Of a stretch of 64,000 nt of DNA, positions 31,059 to 40,584 are shown in pieces. Source of the DNA: an uncultured Chloroflexia bacterium (GTDB lineage Bacteria > Chloroflexota > Limnocylindria > Limnocylindrales > CSP1-4); assembly GCA_963768655.1 (NCBI GenBank), contig CAVYIM010000004.1, positions 128,001-192,000 on the forward strand, read 5' to 3'. The notes beneath the pieces are model-generated. The model did no database searches, had not been told where the DNA came from, and saw only the letters and a list, made by a program, of their open reading frames with translations. The position numbers were made by a program, and so were the translations under genes. Within the stretch, counting starts at the first letter, position 1; every line of letters begins with the position of its first letter.

Positions 31059-33383
31059 ATGAAGTTCTCGGATGGCTACTGGCGGATGCGCCCCGGCGTC
31101 ACGGCCTGGCACCCGGTCGAGGCGTACGACGTGTGCGAGTCGCTGGACGCGCTCACGATCTACGCGCCGACCCGCAGGATCGAGCACCGCGGCCACACCC
31201 TCGGCGGCCCCCTCGTGACCATCCGGCTGAGTTCGCCGCTGCCCGATGTCATCGGCGTCCGCCTGACGCACTTCGAGGGCGAGGTCCGGCAGAAGCCCGA
31301 ATTCCAGCTCGCGGCCGCGCCGGGGCCTGTCGTGGTATCGGCGACCGACGAGTCCGCGGAGCTCACGTCGGGCAGGCTGACGGTCCGGGTGGGCCGCGAT
31401 GGCGAGTGGGGTATCGACTTCGAAGCCGACGATCGAGTTCTGACCTCGAGTGAGCCCAAGGGCATCGGCATCGTCGAGTCAGACGGCCACCACTACATGG
31501 TCGAGCAACTCGGCCTGGGGGTCGGGGAGTGCGTATACGGGCTCGGTGAACGGTTCGGGCCGCTGGTGAAGAATGGGCAATCGATCGACGTCTGGAACAG
31601 GGACGGCGGAACGAGCAGCGAGCAGGCCTACAAGAACATACCGTTCTACCTGACCAACCGCGGCTACGGCGTGTTCGTGAACCATCCGGGCCTGGTCTCG
31701 TTCGAGGTCGGTTCGGAGGCCGTCTCCCGCGTCCAGTTCAGCGTCGACGGCCATGCGCTCGAGTACTTCGTCATCTACGGCCCGAGCCCGAAGGAGATCC
31801 TAGAGAAATACACCGCCCTCACTGGCCGGCCCGCCCTGCCGCCGGCCTGGTCGTTCGGGCTGTGGCTGAGCACGTCGTTCACCACCGCGTACGACGAGAC
31901 GACGGTGATGAGCTTCATCCGGGGCATGACCGAGCGCAATCTACCGATGAGCGTCTTCCACTTCGATTCGTTCTGGATGCGTGAGTTCAACTGGTGCGAC
32001 TTCGCCTGGGACCCGCGGACCTTTCCAGATCCACGGGGCATGCTCGCCCGCCTGAAGGGGGACGGCCTGCGGATCAGCCTGTGGATCAACCCATACATCG
32101 CCCAGCGCTCGCCGCTGTTCGCCGAGGGCCGCGACGGGGGCTACCTTCTCAAGCGTCCGAACGGCGACGTATGGCAGTGGGACCTCTGGCAGCCCGGGAT
32201 GGGCCTGGTGGACTTCACCAACCCGGAGGCGCGACGCTGGTACGCCAGCAAGCTCGACGCCCTCCTCGACATGGGCGTCGACTGCTTCAAGACAGACTTC
32301 GGTGAGCGCATCCCCACCGACGTGGTCTACTTCGACGGCTCCGATCCGGAGCTCATGCACAACTACTACCCGTATCTCTACAACCGGACGGTCTTCGAGC
32401 TGCTCGAGAAGAGGCGGGGCAAAGGCGAAGCCGTGGTGTTCGCCCGCTCGGCGACGGCCGGGACCCAGCAGTTCCCGGTCCACTGGGGCGGGGATTGCTC
32501 CTCGACCTTCGAGTCTATGGCCGAGAGCCTGCGCGGCGGGCTCTCGCTCGGACTGTCCGGCTTCGGCTTCTGGAGCCACGACATCGGCGGGTTCGAGGGC
32601 ACGCCGCCGGCGTCGGTGTTCAAGCGCTGGATCGCATTCGGCCTGTTGTCCTCGCACAGCCGGCTCCATGCCAACGAGTCCTACCGGGTTCCTTGGCTGT
32701 TCGACGAAGAGGCCGTCGACGTCATGCGCACCTTCAGCGAGCTCAAGAACCGCCTGATGCCGTACCTCTACGGCGTGGCCGTCGAGGCGCACGAGCGCGG
32801 CATCCCCACGATGCGGGCGATGTGTTTCGAGTTCCCCGACGACCCGGCATGCAGCTACCTCGATCGTCAGTACATGCTCGGCGACCGCCTCCTCGTGGCG
32901 CCGGTCTTCTCGGAATCCGGGACCGTTTCGTACTACGTCCCGGCGGGGAGGTGGACGAACCTGCTCAGCGGCGCCGTCGTCGAAGGGCCGGGCTGGCGGG
33001 AGGAAAGCCATTCGTATTCGAGCCTGCCTTTGCTGGTCCGACCGAATTCGGTCCTCCCGATGGGCGAATGCGAGACCAGGGCGGACTACGACTTCCGGTC
33101 AGGCGTCACGCTGCGGGCCTACGCGATCGAGGACGGCGCCCGGGTCAGGGTGGCGGTCCCGTCGCAGGACGGGGCGCCAGGCCTGACGTTCGACCTGCAC
33201 CGCAAGGGCCGGCAGGTGACGATCAAGCCCCACGGGGCAGCCGTGGGCTGGCGCCTGCTCCTGGCGGGAGAGGACGTCGAGTCGGCCAGTGGCGGAACCG
33301 CCGAAGCCACGGCAGAGGGCGCGCTCGTGCGGCCGGCGTCGCCGAACGCAGTTGTCGAGCTGACCCTTCGCGCCGTTCGCTGA
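31059..33383 (+). CDS. yicI: Alpha-xylosidase, GH31 (copy 2)
   Basis: MKFSDGYW, HFDSFW, KTDFGERIP, WGGDC and WSHDIGGF motifs. Confidence 0.92.
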   Translation: MKFSDGYWRMRPGVTAWHPVEAYDVCESLDALTIYAPTRRIEHRGHTLGGPLVTIRLSSPLPDVIGVRLTHFEGEVRQKPEFQLAAAPGPVVVSATDESAELTSGRLTVRVGRDGEWGIDFEADDRVLTSSEPKGIGIVESDGHHYMVEQLGLGVGECVYGLGERFGPLVKNGQSIDVWNRDGGTSSEQAYKNIPFYLTNRGYGVFVNHPGLVSFEVGSEAVSRVQFSVDGHALEYFVIYGPSPKEILEKYTALTGRPALPPAWSFGLWLSTSFTTAYDETTVMSFIRGMTERNLPMSVFHFDSFWMREFNWCDFAWDPRTFPDPRGMLARLKGDGLRISLWINPYIAQRSPLFAEGRDGGYLLKRPNGDVWQWDLWQPGMGLVDFTNPEARRWYASKLDALLDMGVDCFKTDFGERIPTDVVYFDGSDPELMHNYYPYLYNRTVFELLEKRRGKGEAVVFARSATAGTQQFPVHWGGDCSSTFESMAESLRGGLSLGLSGFGFWSHDIGGFEGTPPASVFKRWIAFGLLSSHSRLHANESYRVPWLFDEEAVDVMRTFSELKNRLMPYLYGVAVEAHERGIPTMRAMCFEFPDDPACSYLDRQYMLGDRLLVAPVFSESGTVSYYVPAGRWTNLLSGAVVEGPGWREESHSYSSLPLLVRPNSVLPMGECETRADYDFRSGVTLRAYAIEDGARVRVAVPSQDGAPGLTFDLHRKGRQVTIKPHGAAVGWRLLLAGEDVESASGGTAEATAEGALVRPASPNAVVELTLRAVR

Positions 33384-33475
33384 CCGCCCCTCCTCCGGCA
33401 GGCTCGGCCCGAGGCGCCGGCCGTCAGGGTTCGGAATCCCCGGCCGCGGTCACGCGCGAGCGTCCACCCGTCTCG

Positions 33476-33892
33476 CTAGCGGCGCGTCGAGACGGGAGCG
33501 GCTGCCTTCCGCATACCCAGGAGCCGGCGGGCGAGCGGCTCATTGTCGACGGAGAGCGACCACTCGGCCCGACCATTGTGCCGGCCGACGACGCAGCAGC
33601 CCGTCAGGACCACGCCGCCGTGCTCGAGGCGCGAGGTGAGGCTGCCCAGAGCGCCGGGCGTGTCCTCGATCTCGACGATGAGCGTGGAGCCGATGACGTA
33701 CGAGTAGCCCATGCTGCGGAGCACGTCGGCGGTGGCCTCGTCGTTGTCCGTGTAGAGCAGGGCGCAGGCCATCTCGCCGGCCGCGCTGCCCTGGATCTGG
33801 GTGAGGTTGATGCCGCGTGCGCACAGGCCCGTGGCCAGGTGAGCGAGCTCACCCGGCCGATTCGGCAGCTGGACTACGAACGGTTGAGCCAT
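33476..33892 (-). CDS. Tandem ACT-domain protein
   Basis: VQLPNRPGELAHL...GINL and IEDTPGALG motifs; paralog of 33952-34368. Confidence 0.8.
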   Translation of the reverse strand: MAQPFVVQLPNRPGELAHLATGLCARGINLTQIQGSAAGEMACALLYTDNDEATADVLRSMGYSYVIGSTLIVEIEDTPGALGSLTSRLEHGGVVLTGCCVVGRHNGRAEWSLSVDNEPLARRLLGMRKAAAPVSTRR

Positions 33893-33951
33893 GGTCTCTC
33901 TCCCGGTAGCGTCGCGACCTTGATGTGCCCCTCCGTGCGCGGGCGAATCGG

Positions 33952-34368
33952 CTAGCGAGGCGACCCCGTCGTGCTTGCGGCCGGAATCCCCAGGATCTGG
34001 CGAGCGACTTCCTCGCGGTCCACTGACAGCGCCCACGTAGCCAGGCCGTTGGCCCGACTCAAGACGCAGCAGCCCGAGATGTTGACCCCGGCGCCTGAGA
34101 GCCGGTCGCTCACCTCGCCGAGGGCGCAGGGCGTGTCTTCGATCTGGACGATCAGGCTCGACCCGGCTACGAAGGGGTAGCCCATGCTGTGGAGGACTTC
34201 CCTCGTATCGTCGTCGCAGCAGTCGGTGTAGATCTCGGCGCAGGTGAGGTCGCCGGCGGTGCTCTGGTGGACCTGGACGATGTTGACGCCGCGCGCGCAC
34301 AGGGCCTTGGCCAGATGGGCCAGTTCGCCCGGCCGATTGGGCAGCTGAACGACGAATTGTTGGCTCAT
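33952..34368 (-). CDS. Tandem ACT-domain protein (Cys-rich)
   Basis: VQLPNRPGELAHL...GVNI and IEDTPCALG...GVNI motifs; GGGAGG RBS. Confidence 0.82.
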   Translation of the reverse strand: MSQQFVVQLPNRPGELAHLAKALCARGVNIVQVHQSTAGDLTCAEIYTDCCDDDTREVLHSMGYPFVAGSSLIVQIEDTPCALGEVSDRLSGAGVNISGCCVLSRANGLATWALSVDREEVARQILGIPAASTTGSPR

Positions 34369-34482
34369 GTCTCCCTCCCGACGATACTGTCAGGCGGTAG
34401 GAGGTGCACCCCGGCCGGCAGGTCCCCGATCTGTCGCCCGTTGCTCGTGGACGAGGCCGGCGCCGTGCCGGCGAAGACTAGA

Positions 34483-34779
34483 CTAGCCGATTGCCACCTC
34501 CCTGTGCTCCGGGTCTTTGGGCCCGGGTGGCCCGCCGCGCTCGACGTCCATGGCCGCCAGCCGCACGCCCTCCCCGGGGATCCTCTGGATGACGAGCTCG
34601 GCGCCCTCGGCGCACGATCCGACCGACACCTCGCTCCAGGCGTAGCGCAGCGCGTCTTCGGTGTGCTCGTCGTCCTCGCCGAGCAGCACGTGGACGGCGG
34701 CGACCCGAGTCACCTCCAGGGCAGTGGCGCGCTCGACGACCTTGTCCAGAACCGCCTGGGCGAGCATGGCCTGGTGCAT
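34483..34779 (-). CDS. hypA: HypA-like hydrogenase nickel chaperone lacking the zinc-finger domain
   Basis: N-terminal MH, V..VHVLLGE, L.YAW...GS.AEGAELVI, C-terminal G.GVRL..MDVE; directly after the protease gene. Confidence 0.7.
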   Translation of the reverse strand: MHQAMLAQAVLDKVVERATALEVTRVAAVHVLLGEDDEHTEDALRYAWSEVSVGSCAEGAELVIQRIPGEGVRLAAMDVERGGPPGPKDPEHREVAIG

Positions 34780-34781
34780 GG

Positions 34782-35306
34782 CTACCGGGCTCCTGCGGCG
34801 ACCAGCTCGACGACGGCCTGGGCCGCCGCCGGGATCGCCGCCTCGACCGCCGGGCTCAGCGCCTCGCTGAACTCGTCGGTTCGCCGGGCCTGGACGGTGA
34901 CCGCGTGAATGCTCTCGGGCAGGCTCGCCCCGAGGCGCCTGCCCAGCGTCAGCGCCGTGCGAAGGGAGGCGTCGTGGGCAGAGTCGAGGTGGCCGGCCGC
35001 GAACTCGGCCAGTTCGTCGAAAGAGCAGGACCGAACCTCACCGATGGGACGGTTCGGGAACTCGGCGGCGTCCACCAGGATGGCCGCCTCGTAGCCGGTC
35101 AGGCATTCCATCAGGCGCAGGCCGCCGACGCCCAGCCGCTCGATCTCGACGTCAGGGATCGTGCGGCCTGCCTCCTGGGCCGCGCGAATCAGACCCTCGA
35201 CCTCGTCGGCGACGCGCCAGCCAACGCCGTCGTCGCCGAGCAGCGGGTTGCCCAGCCCGACGACGATCGTTCGGGGCTGCCGGTCGCCGGAGACGTGATC
35301 GGCCAT
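34782..35306 (-). CDS. Hydrogenase maturation protease
   Basis: GLGNPLLGDDGVG, ILVDA, SAHD and LSPAV motifs. Confidence 0.92.
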   Translation of the reverse strand: MADHVSGDRQPRTIVVGLGNPLLGDDGVGWRVADEVEGLIRAAQEAGRTIPDVEIERLGVGGLRLMECLTGYEAAILVDAAEFPNRPIGEVRSCSFDELAEFAAGHLDSAHDASLRTALTLGRRLGASLPESIHAVTVQARRTDEFSEALSPAVEAAIPAAAQAVVELVAAGAR

Positions 35307-35319
35307 GCAGATATCCGAT

Positions 35320-36813
35320 CTAGCAGTTCTGGGAGAGGACCTCGATCACCTCGCCGTCCGAGTTGCGGATGGCGACCTGCAAGGGCATCTCCCCGGGCAG
35401 TGAATGAGTGGCGCAGCCGAAGCACGGGTCGTACAGGCGGAAGGCCATTTCGACGCGGTTCAGCAGACCCTGGTGAACGACGACGCCCTTGTGGATCAGG
35501 CTCTCGGCGGCTTTCTTGACCGACATCGCCATCGGGGCGTAGTTGTTCGTGGTCCCCACGAGCAGGTTCACGGACGTGAGAACGCCGCGCTCGTCGGTCA
35601 CGTAGTGGTGGGTGAGGGTGCCTCGCGGCGCCTCGACCGTGCCGACGCCCTCGGTGGGCTTCTCGGTCGGAACGACGCGGACGTCCGGCGAGGTGATGTC
35701 GGGATCGGTCGCCAGCTCGACCATCCGCTCGGCCGCATACAGCAGCTCGACCAGGCGAGCCCAGTGGGTGGCGAGACGATGATGGACCAGGCGCTTTCCA
35801 CCCGACTCCGGCTTGGGAGCAAGGGTGTCGTAGAAGCGCTCGTACGCGGCCTGGGCCAGCGGCGTGGCCATGCCCTCGGCGGTGTTGAGGCGCGACAATG
35901 GCGTGGCGCAGTACACGCCCGAGTCGGCACCGTCGACGAAGCCCTTCCAGCCGACCTTCTTCAGGTACGGGAACTTGAGGTACGTCCAGGGCTCGACGTG
36001 CTCGGCGATCCAGTCGCGGTACTCGGCCGGGGCGTAGGTGCCGACGCGCTGGCCGTCGGGCGACATGATGCTGACCTTGCCGTCGTAGAAGTTGATCTTG
36101 TTGTTCGGGTCCACCATGCCCATGTAGTAGGTCCGGTGGGTGTACCCGTCGGAGAGGACCATTTCCCTGTAGGCGTCGTTGCCGAGCACGATCTGGTCGA
36201 AGATGCCCAGGCTGAACTGGGCGAACTCGACCGACCAGCGGCCGATCTTCTCGATCTCGGCGCGCTGCTCCTCGGTGATGCCCTGGGTCATGCCGCCTGG
36301 CACCGCGGTGGCCGGGTGGATCTTGCGGCCGCCGATCATCTCGACGACGTTGTGGCCCTGCTTGCGGGCCTGGATGACCTTGCTGCCGACTTCCATGCCG
36401 ACCTTGGCCAGCACACCCAGGATGTTGCGCTCGGCCGCCGGGGCATCGGGTCCGACCACGAAGTCGGGGCCGCCCAGGGCGTAGAAGTGAGTGGTGTGGT
36501 CCGTGACGTAGAACGCGCTGTAGAGCAGCTCGCGCAGGAGCTTGGCCGTTCGGGGCGGGTCGACGTGGTAGACCGCGTCGGCGGCCTTGGCCGCGGCCAT
36601 GTGATGCGCTTCCGGGCAGACGCCGCAGATACGGTTGGTCAGCGTCGGCATCTCCTCCACGGGGCGGCCGACGCAGAACCGTTCGAAGCCGCGCAACTCC
36701 GGGATCTGGAAGTACGCGTTGGCGACCTCACCGTCCGGATCGAGGAAGATCTCGATCTTGCCGTGGCCCTCGAGCCTGGTGACGGGGTCGATGGTGATTC
36801 GTTCCATGCTCAC
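35320..36813 (-). CDS. mvhA: [NiFe] hydrogenase large subunit, group 3c (MvhA type)
   Basis: IDPVTRLEGHG, L1 RICGVC, EAPRG and L2 DPCFGCATH followed by a cleavable C-terminal extension. Confidence 0.92.
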   Translation of the reverse strand: MSMERITIDPVTRLEGHGKIEIFLDPDGEVANAYFQIPELRGFERFCVGRPVEEMPTLTNRICGVCPEAHHMAAAKAADAVYHVDPPRTAKLLRELLYSAFYVTDHTTHFYALGGPDFVVGPDAPAAERNILGVLAKVGMEVGSKVIQARKQGHNVVEMIGGRKIHPATAVPGGMTQGITEEQRAEIEKIGRWSVEFAQFSLGIFDQIVLGNDAYREMVLSDGYTHRTYYMGMVDPNNKINFYDGKVSIMSPDGQRVGTYAPAEYRDWIAEHVEPWTYLKFPYLKKVGWKGFVDGADSGVYCATPLSRLNTAEGMATPLAQAAYERFYDTLAPKPESGGKRLVHHRLATHWARLVELLYAAERMVELATDPDITSPDVRVVPTEKPTEGVGTVEAPRGTLTHHYVTDERGVLTSVNLLVGTTNNYAPMAMSVKKAAESLIHKGVVVHQGLLNRVEMAFRLYDPCFGCATHSLPGEMPLQVAIRNSDGEVIEVLSQNC

Positions 36814-37889
36814 TTCTCCCCGTCGGTGTTCCAGGCCGCCTTGGAGCTGCGGAGCAGCGAACCGGCCAGGCTGAAGCGGTAGAACTGGCCCGCGGGATCG
36901 ACGATCCCGTCGAGCACCCTGTCGATGTCATCGGGCTTCTGCGCCTCGACGACCGACGCGTATGCCGAGATCAGCCGGGCTCCGTAGTCCACGACGCCGT
37001 CGGCCGCCCCGTAGCAGCCGATGCACGGCGCCCCGACGGCGGGGCAGAGCGCACCGCAACCGTCGCGGGTGGCGGGGCCGTTGCAGGGCAGGCCCTGCTC
37101 CAGCAGGCAGATCTCCGGGTCGAAATGGGCGACCTGCTGGATGCGGACGAAGCGGTCGATCTTCTTGACGTCGCGCCTGCGGGCGCACTCGTCGCATACG
37201 GTCGACTCGCCCGCGCCCAGGACCGCGCCCCTGGGCGGGAGAGGACCGGTCCCGTTGAGGGCCTTGACCACGGCCTCGAGGGCCGCCCAAATCTGCTTCG
37301 ACTCGGGCGGGCAGCCGGGGATCGTGTAATCGACCTCCACGACCTGGTCGAGCGTTCGCAGCATCGGCTCGAACTCGGGCAGGTGCAGGACGCCTTCGGG
37401 CGCCTGGTACTCCCAGACCGGCCGGATCCCGTCGGGGTTGTCCGTGCTGGTCGTGGAGAAGGCGGTGTCGATGATCTGCTTGCGGCTCGACAGGTTGGCC
37501 AGGCCGGGAATGCAGCCCTCGCCCGCGCATGAGCCGAAGGCGACCATGAACTTGGACTTGCGGCGCAGGAGCCGGGCCAGGTGAACCGTCTCGTCAGTCC
37601 GCATGCTGCCGGAGACGAGCGTGATCGTGATCTCGCCGTCGTCCATGGCTTCGATGTCGGCGTACTTGCCGTCCATGATCGTCGGCCACAGGACGATGTC
37701 GAAGGCGGCCGCCACGTCCACGATGTGCTCGTGGATGTTGACGATCGCGATGTCGCAGCCGCCGCATGAGGCGGCGCCGAAGATCGCGAGCTTGGGCTTG
37801 GCGGCCGACTTCGCCGCGGGCTTGGGGGCCGGCTTGGGAGCCGGAGCCGCGGCCTTCGCCGCGCCGTTTGACTTCGAGGTCGGGCTCAT
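36810..37889 (-). CDS. mvhG: [NiFe] hydrogenase small subunit (MvhG type)
   Basis: SCGGC, FGSCA, IPGCPP, VCDEC, CLLEQG..C.GP.T..GC.A.CP and C.GCYG motifs. Confidence 0.9.
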   Translation of the reverse strand: MSPTSKSNGAAKAAAPAPKPAPKPAAKSAAKPKLAIFGAASCGGCDIAIVNIHEHIVDVAAAFDIVLWPTIMDGKYADIEAMDDGEITITLVSGSMRTDETVHLARLLRRKSKFMVAFGSCAGEGCIPGLANLSSRKQIIDTAFSTTSTDNPDGIRPVWEYQAPEGVLHLPEFEPMLRTLDQVVEVDYTIPGCPPESKQIWAALEAVVKALNGTGPLPPRGAVLGAGESTVCDECARRRDVKKIDRFVRIQQVAHFDPEICLLEQGLPCNGPATRDGCGALCPAVGAPCIGCYGAADGVVDYGARLISAYASVVEAQKPDDIDRVLDGIVDPAGQFYRFSLAGSLLRSSKAAWNTDGEK

Positions 37890-38470
37890 CGGGCTACCGC
37901 CGCATGCTGCGGGTTGGTGCCACCGGGGGCTGAGGGCGGTCCGCCGGCGTCACCGCCGGTCGCCTCCCAGGCCGTTTCGAGGTCGACCGCGTCCAGGTCG
38001 ACCATGTTGCCGGCCGGCCAGTTGAGCGGTCCGAGCGCTCGAACCTCTTCGGTGACCCGGGCGATCTCGTTTGCCAGGCGGACGCCCTCGGCGGCGCTGG
38101 CCCAGACGAGCTGGAGGCGAGCCGGTTCGATGCCGAGCGCCTCGATCGTTCGCTGCAACAGTTGGAAGCGCCGCAGGGCCTTGTAGTTCTGCTCGATGTA
38201 GTGGCATTCGCCTGGATGGCAGCCGCTGACGAGGACCGCGTCGGCCCCCTCGGCGTAGGCCTTGAGCACGAACGTCGGATCCAGCCGGCCCGAGCACATG
38301 AGCCTGATCAGGCGCACGTTGGGCGGGTACTTCGTCCGCGCCGTGCCGGCCAGGTCCGCGGCCCGGTAGCTGCACCAGTTGCAGGTGAAGCCGATGATCA
38401 CCGGCTCGAAGGTGGCGGCCGGAGCCGTTCCCTGCGTGGAGGCCGGTGCGACAGGTGCCTGCGCGCTCAT
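37886..38470 (-). CDS. mvhD: Hydrogenase [2Fe-2S] subunit MvhD
   Basis: FTCNWCSY.AADLAG, MCSGR and GCHPGECHY motifs. Confidence 0.93.
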   Translation of the reverse strand: MSAQAPVAPASTQGTAPAATFEPVIIGFTCNWCSYRAADLAGTARTKYPPNVRLIRLMCSGRLDPTFVLKAYAEGADAVLVSGCHPGECHYIEQNYKALRRFQLLQRTIEALGIEPARLQLVWASAAEGVRLANEIARVTEEVRALGPLNWPAGNMVDLDAVDLETAWEATGGDAGGPPSAPGGTNPQHAAVAR

Positions 38471-40584
38471 GCTCGCACCGCCTCCTCGATCGCATCGTGA
38501 TGGGCTTCTGGGTAGGCGGTCCGCCTGAGCGGCGCCCCGTCGGCCCCGACTCGGAGCAGACCCTCGATCTGGGCCAGGACCTGCTCATTGCTGAAGCCGG
38601 ATCCGGAGATCGCTCCGGCGGGGCAGGCCGCGACGCATGTGCCGCAGCCCTGGCACATCGCCGCGTTGATGACCGACACGGCTTTGACGTCGTCGAAGCT
38701 GATGGCGTTGTACGGGCACATCGTGTTGCAGATCCGGCAGCCGGAGCAGTGCTCCGGGTGAACCGTGGCCTTGATCGGCTCGAGGTTCATCTGCTTCTGC
38801 TGGATCCGCCCCAGGACTCGCGCGGCGGCCGCGGCGCCCTGCGCCACGGAGGCCGGAATGTCCTTGGGACCGCTGACGCAGCCGGCCACGAACACGCCTT
38901 CGGTCATGGTCGCGACCGGATCGAGCTTGGGGTGCTTCTCGATGGCCCAGCCGTCGAAGCTGCACGAGATCCCGAACCGGACGGCCAGCTCCTTCGCATC
39001 GGCGCGGGGCTCGAGGCCGGACGAGAGGATGACCATGTCGACAGGGAAGCGACGCTGCTTGCCGACCAGCGTGTCCTCGACCTGGAGGATCAGCTTGCCC
39101 TCTTCCTCCGGAGTGCGGGCCACGTCGGTAATCTCGGCCGGCTTGCCGCGGACGAAGATTCCGCCCTCTTCCATGATCCGCTGGTAGAACTCGTCGTAGC
39201 CCTTACCGGCGGTCCTCATGTCGATGTAGAACTCGTAGATCGACGCCTCGGTGTGTTCCTTCACCAGATGGGCGAACTTGAGGCTCTGCATGCAGCAGAT
39301 CGCGGAGCAGTAGCTGTTGTGGTTCTTGTCGCGGCTGCCGACGCAGTGGACGATCGCCACCGACTTGGGCTCGGTGACTCCGTCGCGGAGGACGACGTGG
39401 CCGTTGGTGGGGCCGGCTGAGTTTGACAGCCGTTCGAACTCGAGGCTGGTGAAGACGTTCGGCAGGCGGCCGTAGCCGTACTGCTGCATCTTGCGGGCGT
39501 CGAAGAGGTCGTAACCGGTGGCGATGATGATGTTGCCGACCTGCAGGGTCAGGATCGTGTCTTCCTGGTTGAAGTCGATCGCGTTCGTCTCGCAGAACTT
39601 CTCGCAGGCCTTACAGGTGCCCTTCTCGTAGTAAGTGCAGTTGGCCCGGTCGATGACCGGAGTGCGAGGGACGGCCTGGTCGAAGGGCGTGTAGATCGCC
39701 TTGCGGTAGCCGAGCCCGGCCTCGAAGACTTCGTCGATGACCTTCTTGGGGCACTTCTCCTGGCACACGCCGCAGCCGTTGCAGAGCTCCTCGTTGACGT
39801 AGCGGGCCTTCTTGCGGACGGTGACGGTGAAGTTGCCGACGTAGCCCTCGACCTTCTCGACCTCGCTCCAGGTCAGGAGCTCGACGTTCGGATGCGTGCC
39901 GGCCGTGACCATCTTGGGGGTCAGGATGCAGGCCGCGCAGTCGAGGGTGGGGAAGGTCTTGTCGAACTGGGCCATGTGGCCGCCGATCGACGGCTCCTTC
40001 TCGACCAGGTAGACCTTGAATTCAGCATCGGCGATCTCGAGGGTGGCGCTGATGCCGGCGATGCCGCCGCCCACGACCAGCGTGGCGGGGTTGATGTCGA
40101 CCCTTATCGGCGAGAGCGGCTCGTTGCGGCGGACCCGCTCGACGCCGCCGGCCAGGATGGCCTTGGCCTTGGCGGTGGCGGCGGCCTTGTCGGTGTGGAC
40201 CCACGAGTCCTGCTCGCGGATCGAGACCAGCTCGCACAGGTACGGGTTCAGGCCGGCCCGGGCCGTGGCCGTGCGGAACGTGTTCTCGTGGAGATGCGGG
40301 GAGCAGGCGGCGACCACGATGCGGTTGAGGCCGAGGTTCTTGATGTCCTCGGTCACCAGTTCCTGGCCGGGGCTGGAGCACATGAACTTGTAGTCGCGGG
40401 CGACGACCACTCCCTGGTCGCGCAGGTTCTCGGCCGCCCAGCGGGCGACCTCGGCCACGTCGACCACGCCCGCGATGTTGCTGCCGCAGTGGCAGACGTA
40501 GACGCCGATCCGGATCTCGCCTTCCACGGGCAGTCCGGCGGAAAGCTTGCCCTCGGCCGGCGGGTGGTTGTGCTCGGCGCTCAT
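38467..40584 (-). CDS. hdrA: Heterodisulfide reductase subunit A (flavin-based electron bifurcation)
   Basis: GVYVCHCG, GGGIAG, KTFPTLDC, inserted ferredoxin, CVGSRD, CSAICC, GPKDI and a C-terminal 2x[4Fe-4S] domain. Confidence 0.95.
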   Translation of the reverse strand: MSAEHNHPPAEGKLSAGLPVEGEIRIGVYVCHCGSNIAGVVDVAEVARWAAENLRDQGVVVARDYKFMCSSPGQELVTEDIKNLGLNRIVVAACSPHLHENTFRTATARAGLNPYLCELVSIREQDSWVHTDKAAATAKAKAILAGGVERVRRNEPLSPIRVDINPATLVVGGGIAGISATLEIADAEFKVYLVEKEPSIGGHMAQFDKTFPTLDCAACILTPKMVTAGTHPNVELLTWSEVEKVEGYVGNFTVTVRKKARYVNEELCNGCGVCQEKCPKKVIDEVFEAGLGYRKAIYTPFDQAVPRTPVIDRANCTYYEKGTCKACEKFCETNAIDFNQEDTILTLQVGNIIIATGYDLFDARKMQQYGYGRLPNVFTSLEFERLSNSAGPTNGHVVLRDGVTEPKSVAIVHCVGSRDKNHNSYCSAICCMQSLKFAHLVKEHTEASIYEFYIDMRTAGKGYDEFYQRIMEEGGIFVRGKPAEITDVARTPEEEGKLILQVEDTLVGKQRRFPVDMVILSSGLEPRADAKELAVRFGISCSFDGWAIEKHPKLDPVATMTEGVFVAGCVSGPKDIPASVAQGAAAAARVLGRIQQKQMNLEPIKATVHPEHCSGCRICNTMCPYNAISFDDVKAVSVINAAMCQGCGTCVAACPAGAISGSGFSNEQVLAQIEGLLRVGADGAPLRRTAYPEAHHDAIEEAVRA

